From a virus (lineage: Duplodnaviria > Caudoviricetes): a DNA stretch of 26,079 nt. The stretch lies in the IMG/VR virus record IMGVR_UViG_3300032272_000064, positions 1 through 26,079 of that record; one strand, written 5' to 3'. The position numbers and the translations under genes are program-made. Shown in pieces: positions 6,519-16,072 of the stretch. Below the pieces are notes generated by a model. It was not told where the DNA came from. It ran no database searches and saw nothing but the letters and a program-made list of their open reading frames with translations. How positions within the stretch are numbered: position 1 is the stretch's first letter; the number at the start of each line of letters is the position of its first letter.

Positions 6519-7072
6519 TGGCTAAAAGGAAAAAACTCCCACGCTGGCTAAAACAAGAGGAACGGGACAAACTACTAAAATTAAAAATGTCCCCCCGCAA
6601 CCGAGCCATAATAACCACATTTCTCTATGGCGGTATGCGCTGCAACGAGCTACGGATGCTAGACATCAAAGATATAGACCCCCAAGAAATGTCCATCGAC
6701 ATCCGCTTCGCCAAGCGAGGCAAACAACGCCTAATCCCCCTCCATCCAGAAGTAGGAGCGGCCACAGAACACTACCTCGAACAAAGTAGCCGTTCCTTCC
6801 AGAACACGGGGGCATTATTTCTCAGCAACCGCAACCAACGCATTAGCCTACGCCGCCTGCGGTCGCTAATCAACCAGCTAGGCAAAAAAGCAAACCTAAA
6901 AAAAGGAATCCACCCCCACGCCCTCCGCCACACCTTTGCCGTCTCATTAGTTGAAAAAAACATCAGCATAGAAGCCGTCCGAGATTTACTAGGCCATAGC
7001 TCCATCAGCGTCACCGACATCTACCTACATTGCACCCCCAACCGCCTCAAAGATGCAATCAACCAACTATAA
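6518..7072 (+). CDS. Tyrosine recombinase, catalytic domain only (184 aa)
   Basis: GMR...KRGKQR...HPHALRHTFA...LLGH...DIY catalytic R-K-H-R-H-Y set. Confidence 0.92.
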   Translation: MAKRKKLPRWLKQEERDKLLKLKMSPRNRAIITTFLYGGMRCNELRMLDIKDIDPQEMSIDIRFAKRGKQRLIPLHPEVGAATEHYLEQSSRSFQNTGALFLSNRNQRISLRRLRSLINQLGKKANLKKGIHPHALRHTFAVSLVEKNISIEAVRDLLGHSSISVTDIYLHCTPNRLKDAINQL

Positions 7073-7081
7073 AAAACAGTA

Positions 7082-7102
7082 AAACAAGTTGCTAACTTGT
7101 TT
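7082..7102. other. Inverted repeat (terminator-like or binding site)
   Basis: AAACAAGTT-GCT-AACTTGTTT followed by ATTTTT. Confidence 0.4.
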
Positions 7103-7122
7103 ATTTTTAATAAGAGGAACAA

Positions 7123-7503
7123 ATGCCAACCACAGTAAAACAACTCAAACAACAAGCTGAAGAACTGCTCAAATTAGCTCCAATGGTAGAGCGATACAAC
7201 CAACTCCAAACCCAAATTAAAGCAGGCTTAATTGAACTATCTTGGATGGAACTAAACACCCCCGCCGGGTCTATATCCATTTCCACCACCACCGAACTTA
7301 TCATCCCCCTTGACGTAGCCCAAAAAGCACTAGGCAGAGAACGGGCTAAACAAATCAGCATCACCCGTACCCAAACCACCGTCTCAACCAAAATAACCAA
7401 AGCTTTTGTTGATGAAGACCAAATCACCCCCGATGAATGGAACGAAATTAAACGACAAAGCGAAACTAAAACCATTACCCGCCTACACATCAGGCCAAAA
7501 TAA
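7123..7503 (+). CDS. Hypothetical phage protein
   Basis: SD GAGGA; 126-aa ORF in operon. Confidence 0.7.
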   Translation: MPTTVKQLKQQAEELLKLAPMVERYNQLQTQIKAGLIELSWMELNTPAGSISISTTTELIIPLDVAQKALGRERAKQISITRTQTTVSTKITKAFVDEDQITPDEWNEIKRQSETKTITRLHIRPK

Positions 7504-7513
7504 AGGAGATATT

Positions 7514-7912
7514 ATGCTACCAATTATACTGACACAAATGCCACAACCAACACAACAATTCATTATCGACTTCGCCAACGGCCCCACCCTCCCCACCACC
7601 GCCGAAGAAGCCCTAGCCCTAATAATGCCCCTAGCCCTAGCTTGGTTGGCTGGTTTAATTGGCAACGCCCTCACCGATTTTATTAAGGATTTGCCTTGGC
7701 CCGACATAGATGGAAAAAAACTTATCTCAGGCCCCATCGCTGACCTTGTGGCAGCCCTTACCAGCATTATAGGTGGGGTTGCATTATCCTATTTAGGCCC
7801 TTGGGCTGAATACCTCGATGAGCAAGGCATTTGGCTTATCATTGCTGCCGCTTGGCCTATTGCCAAAACGTGGTTTGAGGCTAAGAAAGGCCGCAAATGG
7901 TGGCCTCTATAA
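7514..7912 (+). CDS. Holin-like membrane protein (about 3 TM)
   Basis: SD AAGGAG supports ATG 7514 rather than 7406; hydrophobic helices; basic C-terminus. Confidence 0.55.
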   Translation: MLPIILTQMPQPTQQFIIDFANGPTLPTTAEEALALIMPLALAWLAGLIGNALTDFIKDLPWPDIDGKKLISGPIADLVAALTSIIGGVALSYLGPWAEYLDEQGIWLIIAAAWPIAKTWFEAKKGRKWWPL

Positions 7913-8337
7913 TGCCAATGCTAAAGCCCATCGTCCATCAATTAGCCACAGCCCTAGGAGCAATTAGCTTAGTTGCCATCACCATCATCGACCTAAAAAC
8001 AGACACTATCAATGTCCTACAATTAATCAATGCTCAAAATGTTTTAAGTGTATTGGTAGTAGTGGTTGTGGTAGGTGGTGGTAAATGGTTTGTTAAGGAT
8101 GTGTGGCCTTGGATTTGTGATTTTTTAGAGGCCAAGCAGAAATCAGAGCATGAGATTAAATTGAAAGAGCTTGCTGTATCAGCCGAAGCAGAGATGCGGT
8201 GGCAAGCCGTAGTCGAGCGAATGACACACAGCTATGCCACCTTCCAAAACACACTAGGCAAAGTAGAGGCCACCAACCATCAAATACTAGAATGGATGTC
8301 TGAGCTAAGGAAAGCCGATGCCCAAACGACCGCCTAG
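7897..8337 (+). CDS. Membrane protein with C-terminal coiled coil (holin/antiholin-like)
   Basis: Hydrophobic segments including VLSVLVVVVVVGGG, then amphipathic helix. Confidence 0.5.
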   Translation: MVASIMPMLKPIVHQLATALGAISLVAITIIDLKTDTINVLQLINAQNVLSVLVVVVVVGGGKWFVKDVWPWICDFLEAKQKSEHEIKLKELAVSAEAEMRWQAVVERMTHSYATFQNTLGKVEATNHQILEWMSELRKADAQTTA

Positions 8338-8638
8338 AGCTTGCCCCCACCCTGGTTGTCCTAATCTCAACTGCACCACCCACCGCCGCAAGCACCAGGA
8401 CAAACGACCATCAGCGGCCAAGCGCGGCTACAATCACAAGTGGCGTATCATACGCCTCCAGTTCCTCAGAGCCAATCCATTATGTGCCAAATGCAATCAA
8501 GCGGCCAAGGACATCCACCATCTAATCCCCAAAGCCGATGGTGGCACAAACCGATGGAGCAACCTCCAAGCACTCTGCCACAGTTGCCACAGCAAGGAGA
8601 CGCAGAGAGAAAAACGCAGAGGGGGAAGGGGGGGGTAA
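8318..8638 (+). CDS. Packaging-associated HNH endonuclease (HK97 gp74-like)
   Basis: MPKRPPRACPHPGC...RGYNHKW...CAKC...HHLIP...GGTN...NLQALCHSCHSKET; immediately before terS. Confidence 0.93.
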   Translation: MPKRPPRACPHPGCPNLNCTTHRRKHQDKRPSAAKRGYNHKWRIIRLQFLRANPLCAKCNQAAKDIHHLIPKADGGTNRWSNLQALCHSCHSKETQREKRRGGRGG

Positions 8639-8700
8639 ATTTCTAGGGCATCATTTTGCTAGACCGAGCGGGTGACAAAACTTTTACACCCGCGAATTAA
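8620..8700 (+). other. Probable cos/packaging-initiation region
   Basis: G-run GGGGGAAGGGGGGGGT, then GACCG and IR GCGGGTG...CACCCGC between HNH and terS, the usual cos position in HNH-TerS-TerL phages. Confidence 0.55.
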
Positions 8701-8720
8701 ACTAATTTTCATGGAGAATT

Positions 8721-9179
8721 ATGAGAGGCAGAACGCCTAAACCAACCGCCATAAAAAAGCTAGAAAACAATCCAGGCCATCGACCATTGCCTGAAAACGA
8801 GCCACAACCAGAACGCCAAATACCAGCGATGCCGCGAGGCATGGGAGAGGAGTTTAAAAACTTTTGGAAGCAAATAGCCCTACAGCTGGATGAGCTAAAT
8901 GTACTCACAGCTTTAGATGGACCAGCCTTAACCATTATGGCTGTTCATTATGCCAATGCTAAGGTGGCTGCCAAAATGTTAGCAAAAGAGGGATTACAGG
9001 CAGAGGATGAAAATGGAGCTTTACGCAAACATCCACTTAACCAGGTATTACGCGATAACAGTACCGCTTTCCGTCAATGGGCTATCCAGTTTGGTCTCAC
9101 ACCTGCATCCAGAGCCAGACTACAAATCTCCGAGCCAGACCAAATGGACGAATTAGAGGAATTTTTCAACAATGACTAA
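8721..9179 (+). CDS. terS: Terminase small subunit, P27 family
   Basis: MRGRTPKPTAIKKLENNPGHRPL...HP...FGLTPASRARL. Confidence 0.93.
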   Translation: MRGRTPKPTAIKKLENNPGHRPLPENEPQPERQIPAMPRGMGEEFKNFWKQIALQLDELNVLTALDGPALTIMAVHYANAKVAAKMLAKEGLQAEDENGALRKHPLNQVLRDNSTAFRQWAIQFGLTPASRARLQISEPDQMDELEEFFNND

Positions 9180-10110
9180 CTACACCTACATTCAATATAT
9201 AGATGATGTAATAAACAAAAAAATACCCACAGGCCACTTAGTCAAATTAGCCGTGCAACGTCATTTAAACGACCTTGAAACAGGCCATCGGCGAGGATTG
9301 TATTTTGATAAAAAAGCCGCTGAGGATGTAATTGATTTTATCTCTAGCCTTAATCATTACGCAGGTAAATTAGCTGGTCTAAAAATAAAATTAGAACCGT
9401 GGCAACAATTTATTCTAGCCATGTTATTTGGTTGGAAGCGGAGCGATGGTACCCGCCGTTTTCGCACGGGCTACCTTAGTGTAGCTCGTAAAAATGGTAA
9501 AACCACCCTATCACTAGCCATTGCCTTATATTTGATGTTGGTTGATGGGGTACCAAAAGCAGAAAACTATTTTGTATCCTCTACAAAATCAGCATCGGCA
9601 TTTTATTTGTCCAGGGCGATTTACATGGTTAATCGCCCAAAGTTTGTCTGCAAAAATCACACAATTACTGACACTTGGACAAAAAGCCAGCTAATTTCAA
9701 TTGGAGCCAAAACCAGACCAACATCATTGGATGGAATCAATCCGCATGGGGTAGTAATAGATGAATTATATAATCATCAATCAAGCAGATTGTGGGATGT
9801 ATCTAGATTTGCAATGGGTAATAATAAACAAGCATTATTATTTGCCACAACAACCGCAGGTATTTATCGAAATACTTTTTGCAGGTCAATCGATGATTAT
9901 ATTTCAATGATTTTGGATGGTACGGTGGAAGATGATAGTTGTTTTGGTATCATATACACCCTTGATGATAAAGATGATGATTTATACGAAGCCAACTGGA
10001 TTAAATCTAATCCCAACCTTGGTGTTTCTATTCAAAAATTACACTTACGTGATATGAGGAAAGAAAGAGAATTATTTAAAGTCAAGCACTTGAATATATG
10101 GCCTGACTAA
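9172..10110 (+). CDS. Terminase large subunit paralog, ATPase domain only (no nuclease domain)
   Basis: LEPWQQF, Walker A ARKNGKT, Walker B VVIDE, TTTAG; ends KHLNIWPD; colinear with the N-terminal half of the next gene. Confidence 0.85.
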   Translation: MTNYTYIQYIDDVINKKIPTGHLVKLAVQRHLNDLETGHRRGLYFDKKAAEDVIDFISSLNHYAGKLAGLKIKLEPWQQFILAMLFGWKRSDGTRRFRTGYLSVARKNGKTTLSLAIALYLMLVDGVPKAENYFVSSTKSASAFYLSRAIYMVNRPKFVCKNHTITDTWTKSQLISIGAKTRPTSLDGINPHGVVIDELYNHQSSRLWDVSRFAMGNNKQALLFATTTAGIYRNTFCRSIDDYISMILDGTVEDDSCFGIIYTLDDKDDDLYEANWIKSNPNLGVSIQKLHLRDMRKERELFKVKHLNIWPD

Positions 10111-10124
10111 AGGACAATCTCATC

Positions 10125-11801
10125 ATGGCTGTCAATTACACCTACAATCAATATATTGACGGTGTAATGAGCGGCGAAATAACAGCCTGCCACTGGGTAA
10201 AACTAGCGGTAAAACGCCATTTACACGACCTCGATACCGGCCACCAACGAGGGCTACACTTTGATGAAAAGGCAGCCAAGCGGGTTATAAGATTTTTTTC
10301 GTTTCTCAAACATAGCAAGGGGAAGTGGGCCGGGCAGAAAATTGAATTAGAACCGTGGCAACAATTCATCTTAGCCATGGTATTTGGCTGGAAGCGGAGC
10401 GATGGCACCCGCCGTTTCCGAACCGCCTACCTTGAAGTAGCTCGCAAAAACGGTAAGAGTACTCTCGCCGCAGGTATCGGCCTCTATTTAATGTTGGCCG
10501 ATGGTGAAGGCGGGGCAGAAGTTTATTCTGCGGCCACCAAAAAAGACCAGGCTAAAATCGTTTTTGATGAAGCCACCCGCATGGTGAGCCGTTCCCCTAG
10601 CCTTAGCAAAAGGCTAGAAATTTATAAGGAATCCATCACCGACCTAAAAACATTTAGCAAATTTGCCCCACTAGGTCGGGATAGTAAAACGCTAGATGGA
10701 CTTAACCCTCACGGAGCAGTTATTGACGAGCTTCACGCCCACCCCTCTGGGGAAATGTGGGGCGTACTTAAAACGGGGATGGGAGCTAGAGAGCAACCGC
10801 TCATTTTCGCCATCACCACTGCGGGTTTTAATCAGTATGGTTTTTGTCAGGAACAACGGGACTACACTACCCAAATCCTTGAGGATGTACACCAAAATGA
10901 TTCTTATTTTGGCATCATCTACACCCTTGATGATGAAGATGATTATTTTGATGAAGCTAACTGGATTAAAGCCAACCCTAATTTGGGTGTATCAGTCAAA
11001 CTCGATACATTCAGAGAAATGGCCCTTGAGGCCCAAGCCAAGCCCACAGAACGCCACGAATTTATTACCAAAAATCTCAATATCTGGACAAACTCTCAAA
11101 CCAGTTGGATTAATTGGGATAAATGGAAACTCTGTGGCGGTACAGTTGATGAAGATAAACTCATTAACCGCTCATGTTGGGCAGGACTCGACTTGTCCAG
11201 CACCATCGATATTACCGCTTTAGTTTTAGTTTTTCCATCCATAGATGATATTGAACATTACGACATCCTTTGCCGTTTTTGGATGCCAAGCGAAGGGTTA
11301 CGAGAACGCTCAAAAAATGACCAAGTAAATTATTGGGCGTGGAAGGAACAAGGTTTTATTGAGGCAACTGCAGGCGATGTGATTGACTACAAATTCATCT
11401 TAGCCGAGATAAAAGCACTCAATGAAAAATTCAAAGTTGAAGAAATCGCCTACGACCGTTGGGGAGCCAGCAAACTCCAAGCAGATTTACAAGACTCAGG
11501 TTTAACAGTTGTTGAATTTGGACAAGGATTTGCTTCAATGAACCCGGCACTGAGAGAACTTGAACGTATTTACACAGCCGGTTTACTCAACCATGGCAAC
11601 AACCCCGTCCTAAATTGGATGGCTTCAAATGTAACAGTCAAAACCGACCCGGCGGGTAACATCAAACCAGTCAAACCCGACCGGCACAAAAGCAAAATCA
11701 GGATTGATGGAATGGTAGCTTTACCAATGGCTCTAGACAGAGCCGTTAAAAACAAACCAAAAATCAGCGTCTACGAGACACGGGGTATAAGGACATTATG
11801 A
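10125..11801 (+). CDS. terL: Terminase large subunit (full length)
   Basis: VARKNGKS, AVIDELH, ITTAG, nuclease GLDLSSTIDITA, YDRW, RIDGMVA. Confidence 0.97.
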   Translation: MAVNYTYNQYIDGVMSGEITACHWVKLAVKRHLHDLDTGHQRGLHFDEKAAKRVIRFFSFLKHSKGKWAGQKIELEPWQQFILAMVFGWKRSDGTRRFRTAYLEVARKNGKSTLAAGIGLYLMLADGEGGAEVYSAATKKDQAKIVFDEATRMVSRSPSLSKRLEIYKESITDLKTFSKFAPLGRDSKTLDGLNPHGAVIDELHAHPSGEMWGVLKTGMGAREQPLIFAITTAGFNQYGFCQEQRDYTTQILEDVHQNDSYFGIIYTLDDEDDYFDEANWIKANPNLGVSVKLDTFREMALEAQAKPTERHEFITKNLNIWTNSQTSWINWDKWKLCGGTVDEDKLINRSCWAGLDLSSTIDITALVLVFPSIDDIEHYDILCRFWMPSEGLRERSKNDQVNYWAWKEQGFIEATAGDVIDYKFILAEIKALNEKFKVEEIAYDRWGASKLQADLQDSGLTVVEFGQGFASMNPALRELERIYTAGLLNHGNNPVLNWMASNVTVKTDPAGNIKPVKPDRHKSKIRIDGMVALPMALDRAVKNKPKISVYETRGIRTL

Positions 11802-13783
11802 ACCCATTTGCCAGCCTAAAAAGGTGGTGGTCTAATCGTTCCCACCCCTCCGACCCCAACACAGCCCGCCTATTCGGTGGTTTTTCAGAAACCAGCACGG
11901 GCCTACACGTAGACCCCAATGTAGCATTGGCACTACCCGCTGTATTTGGTTGCACAAAAGTTTTATCTGAAACTGAAGCCAGTTTACCGTTGAATTTTTA
12001 CAAACGTAGAGCCAATGGAGGCCGAGATGAAGCTACGAGCCACTCACTCTACCCCATCTTAAAATATAGCCCTAATCCTGAAATGACCTCGATGAAATTC
12101 CGCGAGGCAATGATGATAGCCATGTGTTTGCGCGGCAACTCCTACTCTGAAATTGAATGGACGCATGGGGGGCAGGTCAAAGCACTGTGGCCCCTGCGGG
12201 CTGATAAAATGCAAGTTAAACGGGTTAATCGAGAACTGGTCTATTTATACGATTTGCCCAATGGCCCAATAGCCCAATTACCCGCCTACCGAGTGTTACA
12301 CATCCGTGCTTTCGGAGATGCCCTAATGGGCTTTAACCCCATTGAATGGGGAGCAGAGACAATGGGGCTTGCTTTGGCAGCCGAACAATTCGCTGCTAAA
12401 TTTTTCAAAAATGGAGCAACCCCAAGCCTTATTTTCTCTCACCCCGGCGAATTGGGGGAGGGGGCTTACAACCGTTTGTTAAAATCCATTGAAAGTTTTA
12501 TGTCTGGGCTTACAAACGCTCACCGCATTGCCATTTTAGAGGAAGGGATGGAAGCCAAAGCCGTGGGTATCAGCCCCGAAGCGGCTCAAATTCTCAGTAC
12601 TCGCCATTTTCAAAAACGAGAGATTTGCGGCATGTACCGTGTACCACCACACATGATTGCAGACCTAGAACAAGCTCATTTCAACAATATCGAACACCTA
12701 GGAATGGGATTTATAGCATATTCAATGTTGCCTTGGTTTGTTCGTATTGAGACCCAAATAGCCCATTCCCTATTATCAACGGCAGAACAAAGAGAATACT
12801 TTTGCAAACACAATGTAGATGCAGTTTTACGGGGCGATACCAAAACCCGCTATGAGTCCTATGCCATAGGCCGCAATTGGGGCTGGCTTAGTGCCAATGA
12901 TGTCCGTAAAAAAGAAGATATGAACCCTATTGAGGGCGGGGACACCTACCTAAATCCCCTCAATATGATTCCTGCCACTGAGAGCCGTTTTAATGGCTTA
13001 AACTACCAAAACCGTTTCAATCCCACCCCTAACGGCACTAAAATTGCCTACAACGCCCGCCAAGCGGCTGGCAAACGTCAAAAAATAGCCCAAAACCAGA
13101 TAAATATCTTTGCAGGCCGCTTCAAATCCATCATAAATGATGAAATAAAGGCAGTTCGTGAGGGACTGAACAAGCTCCGCCAGCGTGATAGTAGCGATTT
13201 TTCCTTATGGCTCACCGAATTTTATCAAGGCCAAAATGAGCTTTGGCTTCAAAAAACATTGCCTTTATTCCGAGCCTACGCTCAAACCCTTGGCCTAGCC
13301 ATAGAAAAGGAACTAAACGGAGACTACCCCCTTGATGCAATCGCCCAATTTTTTGAGCAATACGTGGAATCATTCGCCAACCGCCAAGCTAATGAGAGTC
13401 TTCAACAACTCATTGCCTTGCTACGCCAGGCAATCGATGAGGAATCCGACCCCGTTCCCCTCATCGAGGAACGCTTAGATGGGTGGGAGGCCACCCGCTC
13501 AGAACAACTAGCTCATAATGAATCTTTCCGAGCAGGCAACGCCATCGCCAAAGCCTTTTTTATTGCCGCAGGTGTGTCACGCCTTCGTTGGATAGCCACC
13601 GGAGACAATTGCCCCTATTGCTCTAGTTTGGATGGTAAGGTAGTTGGCATCGAGACCAACTTCCTAGCCAAAAACACCGACTTTAACCCTGATGGAGCGG
13701 ACAAACCCATCAACGTCCGCAGTAACATCGGCCACCCGCCGCTCCATAAAAAATGTGATTGTATGATATCAGCTGAGGTATAA
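11798..13783 (+). CDS. HK97-family portal protein fused to a C-terminal minor-head (SPP1 gp7/Mu F-like) domain
   Basis: PNPEMT, RGNSY, FFKNGATPS, ILEEGM, YRVPPHMI, SANDVRKKEDMNPIEGGD; tail W...CPYC..LDG...HPPLHKKCDC. Confidence 0.92.
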   Translation: MNPFASLKRWWSNRSHPSDPNTARLFGGFSETSTGLHVDPNVALALPAVFGCTKVLSETEASLPLNFYKRRANGGRDEATSHSLYPILKYSPNPEMTSMKFREAMMIAMCLRGNSYSEIEWTHGGQVKALWPLRADKMQVKRVNRELVYLYDLPNGPIAQLPAYRVLHIRAFGDALMGFNPIEWGAETMGLALAAEQFAAKFFKNGATPSLIFSHPGELGEGAYNRLLKSIESFMSGLTNAHRIAILEEGMEAKAVGISPEAAQILSTRHFQKREICGMYRVPPHMIADLEQAHFNNIEHLGMGFIAYSMLPWFVRIETQIAHSLLSTAEQREYFCKHNVDAVLRGDTKTRYESYAIGRNWGWLSANDVRKKEDMNPIEGGDTYLNPLNMIPATESRFNGLNYQNRFNPTPNGTKIAYNARQAAGKRQKIAQNQINIFAGRFKSIINDEIKAVREGLNKLRQRDSSDFSLWLTEFYQGQNELWLQKTLPLFRAYAQTLGLAIEKELNGDYPLDAIAQFFEQYVESFANRQANESLQQLIALLRQAIDEESDPVPLIEERLDGWEATRSEQLAHNESFRAGNAIAKAFFIAAGVSRLRWIATGDNCPYCSSLDGKVVGIETNFLAKNTDFNPDGADKPINVRSNIGHPPLHKKCDCMISAEV

Positions 13784-13786
13784 ATT

Positions 13787-14413
13787 ATGGCTAAAGAAAC
13801 TAGAAATAACACTGAAAATCAAATTGAACGCCGTTTCATTACACGGGCTGTAAAATCAGAAACTGAAGGTAGAAAAATATACGGCTATGCCGCAGTTTAT
13901 AACCAACGTAGCGAAGACCTTGGTGGTTTTATTGAGACAATAGCCCTAGGTGCATTTAAAGATGTACTAGACCAGGACGTGCGGGCATTGCTCAATCACG
14001 ACCCAAATCACATTTTAGGCCGTACTTTGGCTGGTACACTGCGTTTGTTTGAAGATTCAACTGGCTTGGGCTTTGAAATTGACTTGCCAAACTCTCCATC
14101 TGGACAAAACGCACTTGAATCCGTCAGGCGTGGAGACGTTGACCAAGGCAGTTTCAGTTTTACGATTACTAGCAACGATGACACTTGGACCCCACCAGCC
14201 ACCTCCGATGATTTACCAATCCGTACCATTTTGCGGATAAAGCGGCTATATGATGTCAGTATAGTTACATTCGCCGCTTATTCCACAACAACGGCCCAAG
14301 TACGGTCCAGAGCCAAGGGATTTTTAATATCAGAAACCAACGCCGAAACTGTAGCCGCTAGGCTACAGCAACAACGGCGATTAGAAATAGATTTATTAGA
14401 ATTAGCAGTTTAG
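13787..14413 (+). CDS. HK97-family prohead protease
   Basis: GYAAVYN..SEDLGGFIETIA.GAF, LLNHD, LGRT, SFSF, LYDVSIVTFAAY. Confidence 0.95.
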   Translation: MAKETRNNTENQIERRFITRAVKSETEGRKIYGYAAVYNQRSEDLGGFIETIALGAFKDVLDQDVRALLNHDPNHILGRTLAGTLRLFEDSTGLGFEIDLPNSPSGQNALESVRRGDVDQGSFSFTITSNDDTWTPPATSDDLPIRTILRIKRLYDVSIVTFAAYSTTTAQVRSRAKGFLISETNAETVAARLQQQRRLEIDLLELAV

Positions 14414-14422
14414 GAGAAAATT

Positions 14423-15616
14423 ATGGCTAATAAATACAAAGATTTATGTGAAAAACGCAATGGCTTAATAGTAGAATTGCGTCAATTGGCAGAGGCCGAT
14501 GAACTTGGTGCAGAAGACCAAGAAAAATACAACAACCTAAAAACCGAAGTCAGAGGCATTAATGATAAAATTAAACGGATGCAGGAAGTCACAGGTTTTG
14601 AAGAAGAATTACGGCAAGCCGGTTTACCTGGCCCCCTTGCTGGTCAATCCGATGACCCCACACCCCCTACCCCCGCTGATGTAAATAAATATTTTGAGCG
14701 TTTTATCCGCTACGGCCAAACGGAACAAAGAAACCTTCAAGCCGATAGCGACCCAACGGGCGGTTATTTTGTTGCGCCAAAGCAATTTATTAAAGGTATC
14801 TTAAAAGGCATTGATGATACATTGTATTTGAGGGGGTTGGCTACTATTCACACTTTAAAAGGAGCCACCAGTTTGGGCATGGTAACATTAGAAAATGACC
14901 CCTCTGACCCCGACTGGACACCTGAATTAAAAGCTGGCTCAAAAGACAAACAAATGGAATTTGGGCAACGTGAACTAAACCCCCACCTGCTTTCCAAAAT
15001 GATATTAGTTTCTGAAAGATTATTACGGCACCGCCCTGATATAGTGAGTTACATGCAACAAAGATTAGCTCATAAATTTGCCACAGCCTTAGAAAACGTT
15101 TATATGAATGGCGATGGTGTCAGAAAACCTTTGGGAATTTTTGTGCCTAGCAATGATGGAATAAGCACCAGCCGCGACATCAGCACTGGTAATACCCCAA
15201 CCGCCATCACCTTCGACGGCCTAACCAGAGCCAAATACAACCTCAAACCCTATTATCGTTCAAAAGCCACTTGGATATTTCACACCGATGTATTAGTTGA
15301 ATTAGCCGTAATAAAAGACAAAAACGACAATTATATTTGGCGTGAAAGCACCCGCCAAGGAGAGCCAGGCACAATACTGGGCATAAATTACCTAGAAAGT
15401 GCTTATGCTCCCTCTAATATTTCTGCTGGCAAATATGTTGGTATCCTTGGTTATTTCAAAAATTACCACATTGTAGATGCTCTCAATATGCAAATCAAGC
15501 GTTTAGACGAATTGTATAGCGAAAAAAACCAAATCGGCTTCAAATCACAACTAGAAACCGATGGTATGCCTGTTTTAGAAGAAGCCTTTACCAGAATACA
15601 GCTTCCTACCCCATAG
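14423..15616 (+). CDS. Major capsid protein, HK97 fold
   Basis: N-terminal coiled-coil delta domain, GGYFVAP, GDGVRKPLGI, KDKNDNYIW. Confidence 0.95.
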   Translation: MANKYKDLCEKRNGLIVELRQLAEADELGAEDQEKYNNLKTEVRGINDKIKRMQEVTGFEEELRQAGLPGPLAGQSDDPTPPTPADVNKYFERFIRYGQTEQRNLQADSDPTGGYFVAPKQFIKGILKGIDDTLYLRGLATIHTLKGATSLGMVTLENDPSDPDWTPELKAGSKDKQMEFGQRELNPHLLSKMILVSERLLRHRPDIVSYMQQRLAHKFATALENVYMNGDGVRKPLGIFVPSNDGISTSRDISTGNTPTAITFDGLTRAKYNLKPYYRSKATWIFHTDVLVELAVIKDKNDNYIWRESTRQGEPGTILGINYLESAYAPSNISAGKYVGILGYFKNYHIVDALNMQIKRLDELYSEKNQIGFKSQLETDGMPVLEEAFTRIQLPTP

Positions 15617-15642
15617 TTTAATTTTAAACTCAGGAGATTATC

Positions 15643-16071
15643 ATGAACCTACTACCAAGAACAATCACCACCAAACTAGCTGCTGCCCAAGCCACCGGCA
15701 CCACCGCCTTTAACAGTGGTGTTATTGACACCCAAAACTGCGAGGGCGTTCAATTTTTTGCCTCAGTAGGCACGGCTGAAACAGACACCGGCGTAAAAAT
15801 CCAACAAGGCAACCAGCCCGACCTATCCGATGCCATCGACCTCCCCGATACCCTCACCCTAAGCGATGGCACCCAAACCGACTTTGTTATAGATGTTTAC
15901 CGTCCCACCAAACGCTACCTGCGGTTAGTTGTTTTACGTCCCACCACAACCACCACCATTGAATCAGTCTGGGCCATCCGCTACAGTCTCCGCCGAGCCA
16001 ACCTAAACGCCAACACCATCACCGCCCAAGCCGCTACATTATCTATTAGCCCTGATGAGGCTACCGCCTAA
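15643..16071 (+). CDS. Putative head decoration/structural protein
   Basis: SD AGGAG; beta-rich (IDT...KIQQG...DLSDA...KRYLRLVV); follows the capsid gene. Confidence 0.65.
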   Translation: MNLLPRTITTKLAAAQATGTTAFNSGVIDTQNCEGVQFFASVGTAETDTGVKIQQGNQPDLSDAIDLPDTLTLSDGTQTDFVIDVYRPTKRYLRLVVLRPTTTTTIESVWAIRYSLRRANLNANTITAQAATLSISPDEATA

Positions 16072-16072
16072 A

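Noticed and set aside
7406-7513. N-terminal extension of the holin-like ORF
   Set aside because: Overlaps the upstream gene; SD AAGGAG supports ATG 7514
9172-11100. DGR template/variable repeat pair
   Set aside because: Differences between the two terL copies involve all bases and indels rather than being adenine-specific; no reverse transcriptase in the window
9172-11801. Single terL split by a frameshift, intron or intein
   Set aside because: The second ORF is complete by itself, and the first repeats the same N-terminal domain
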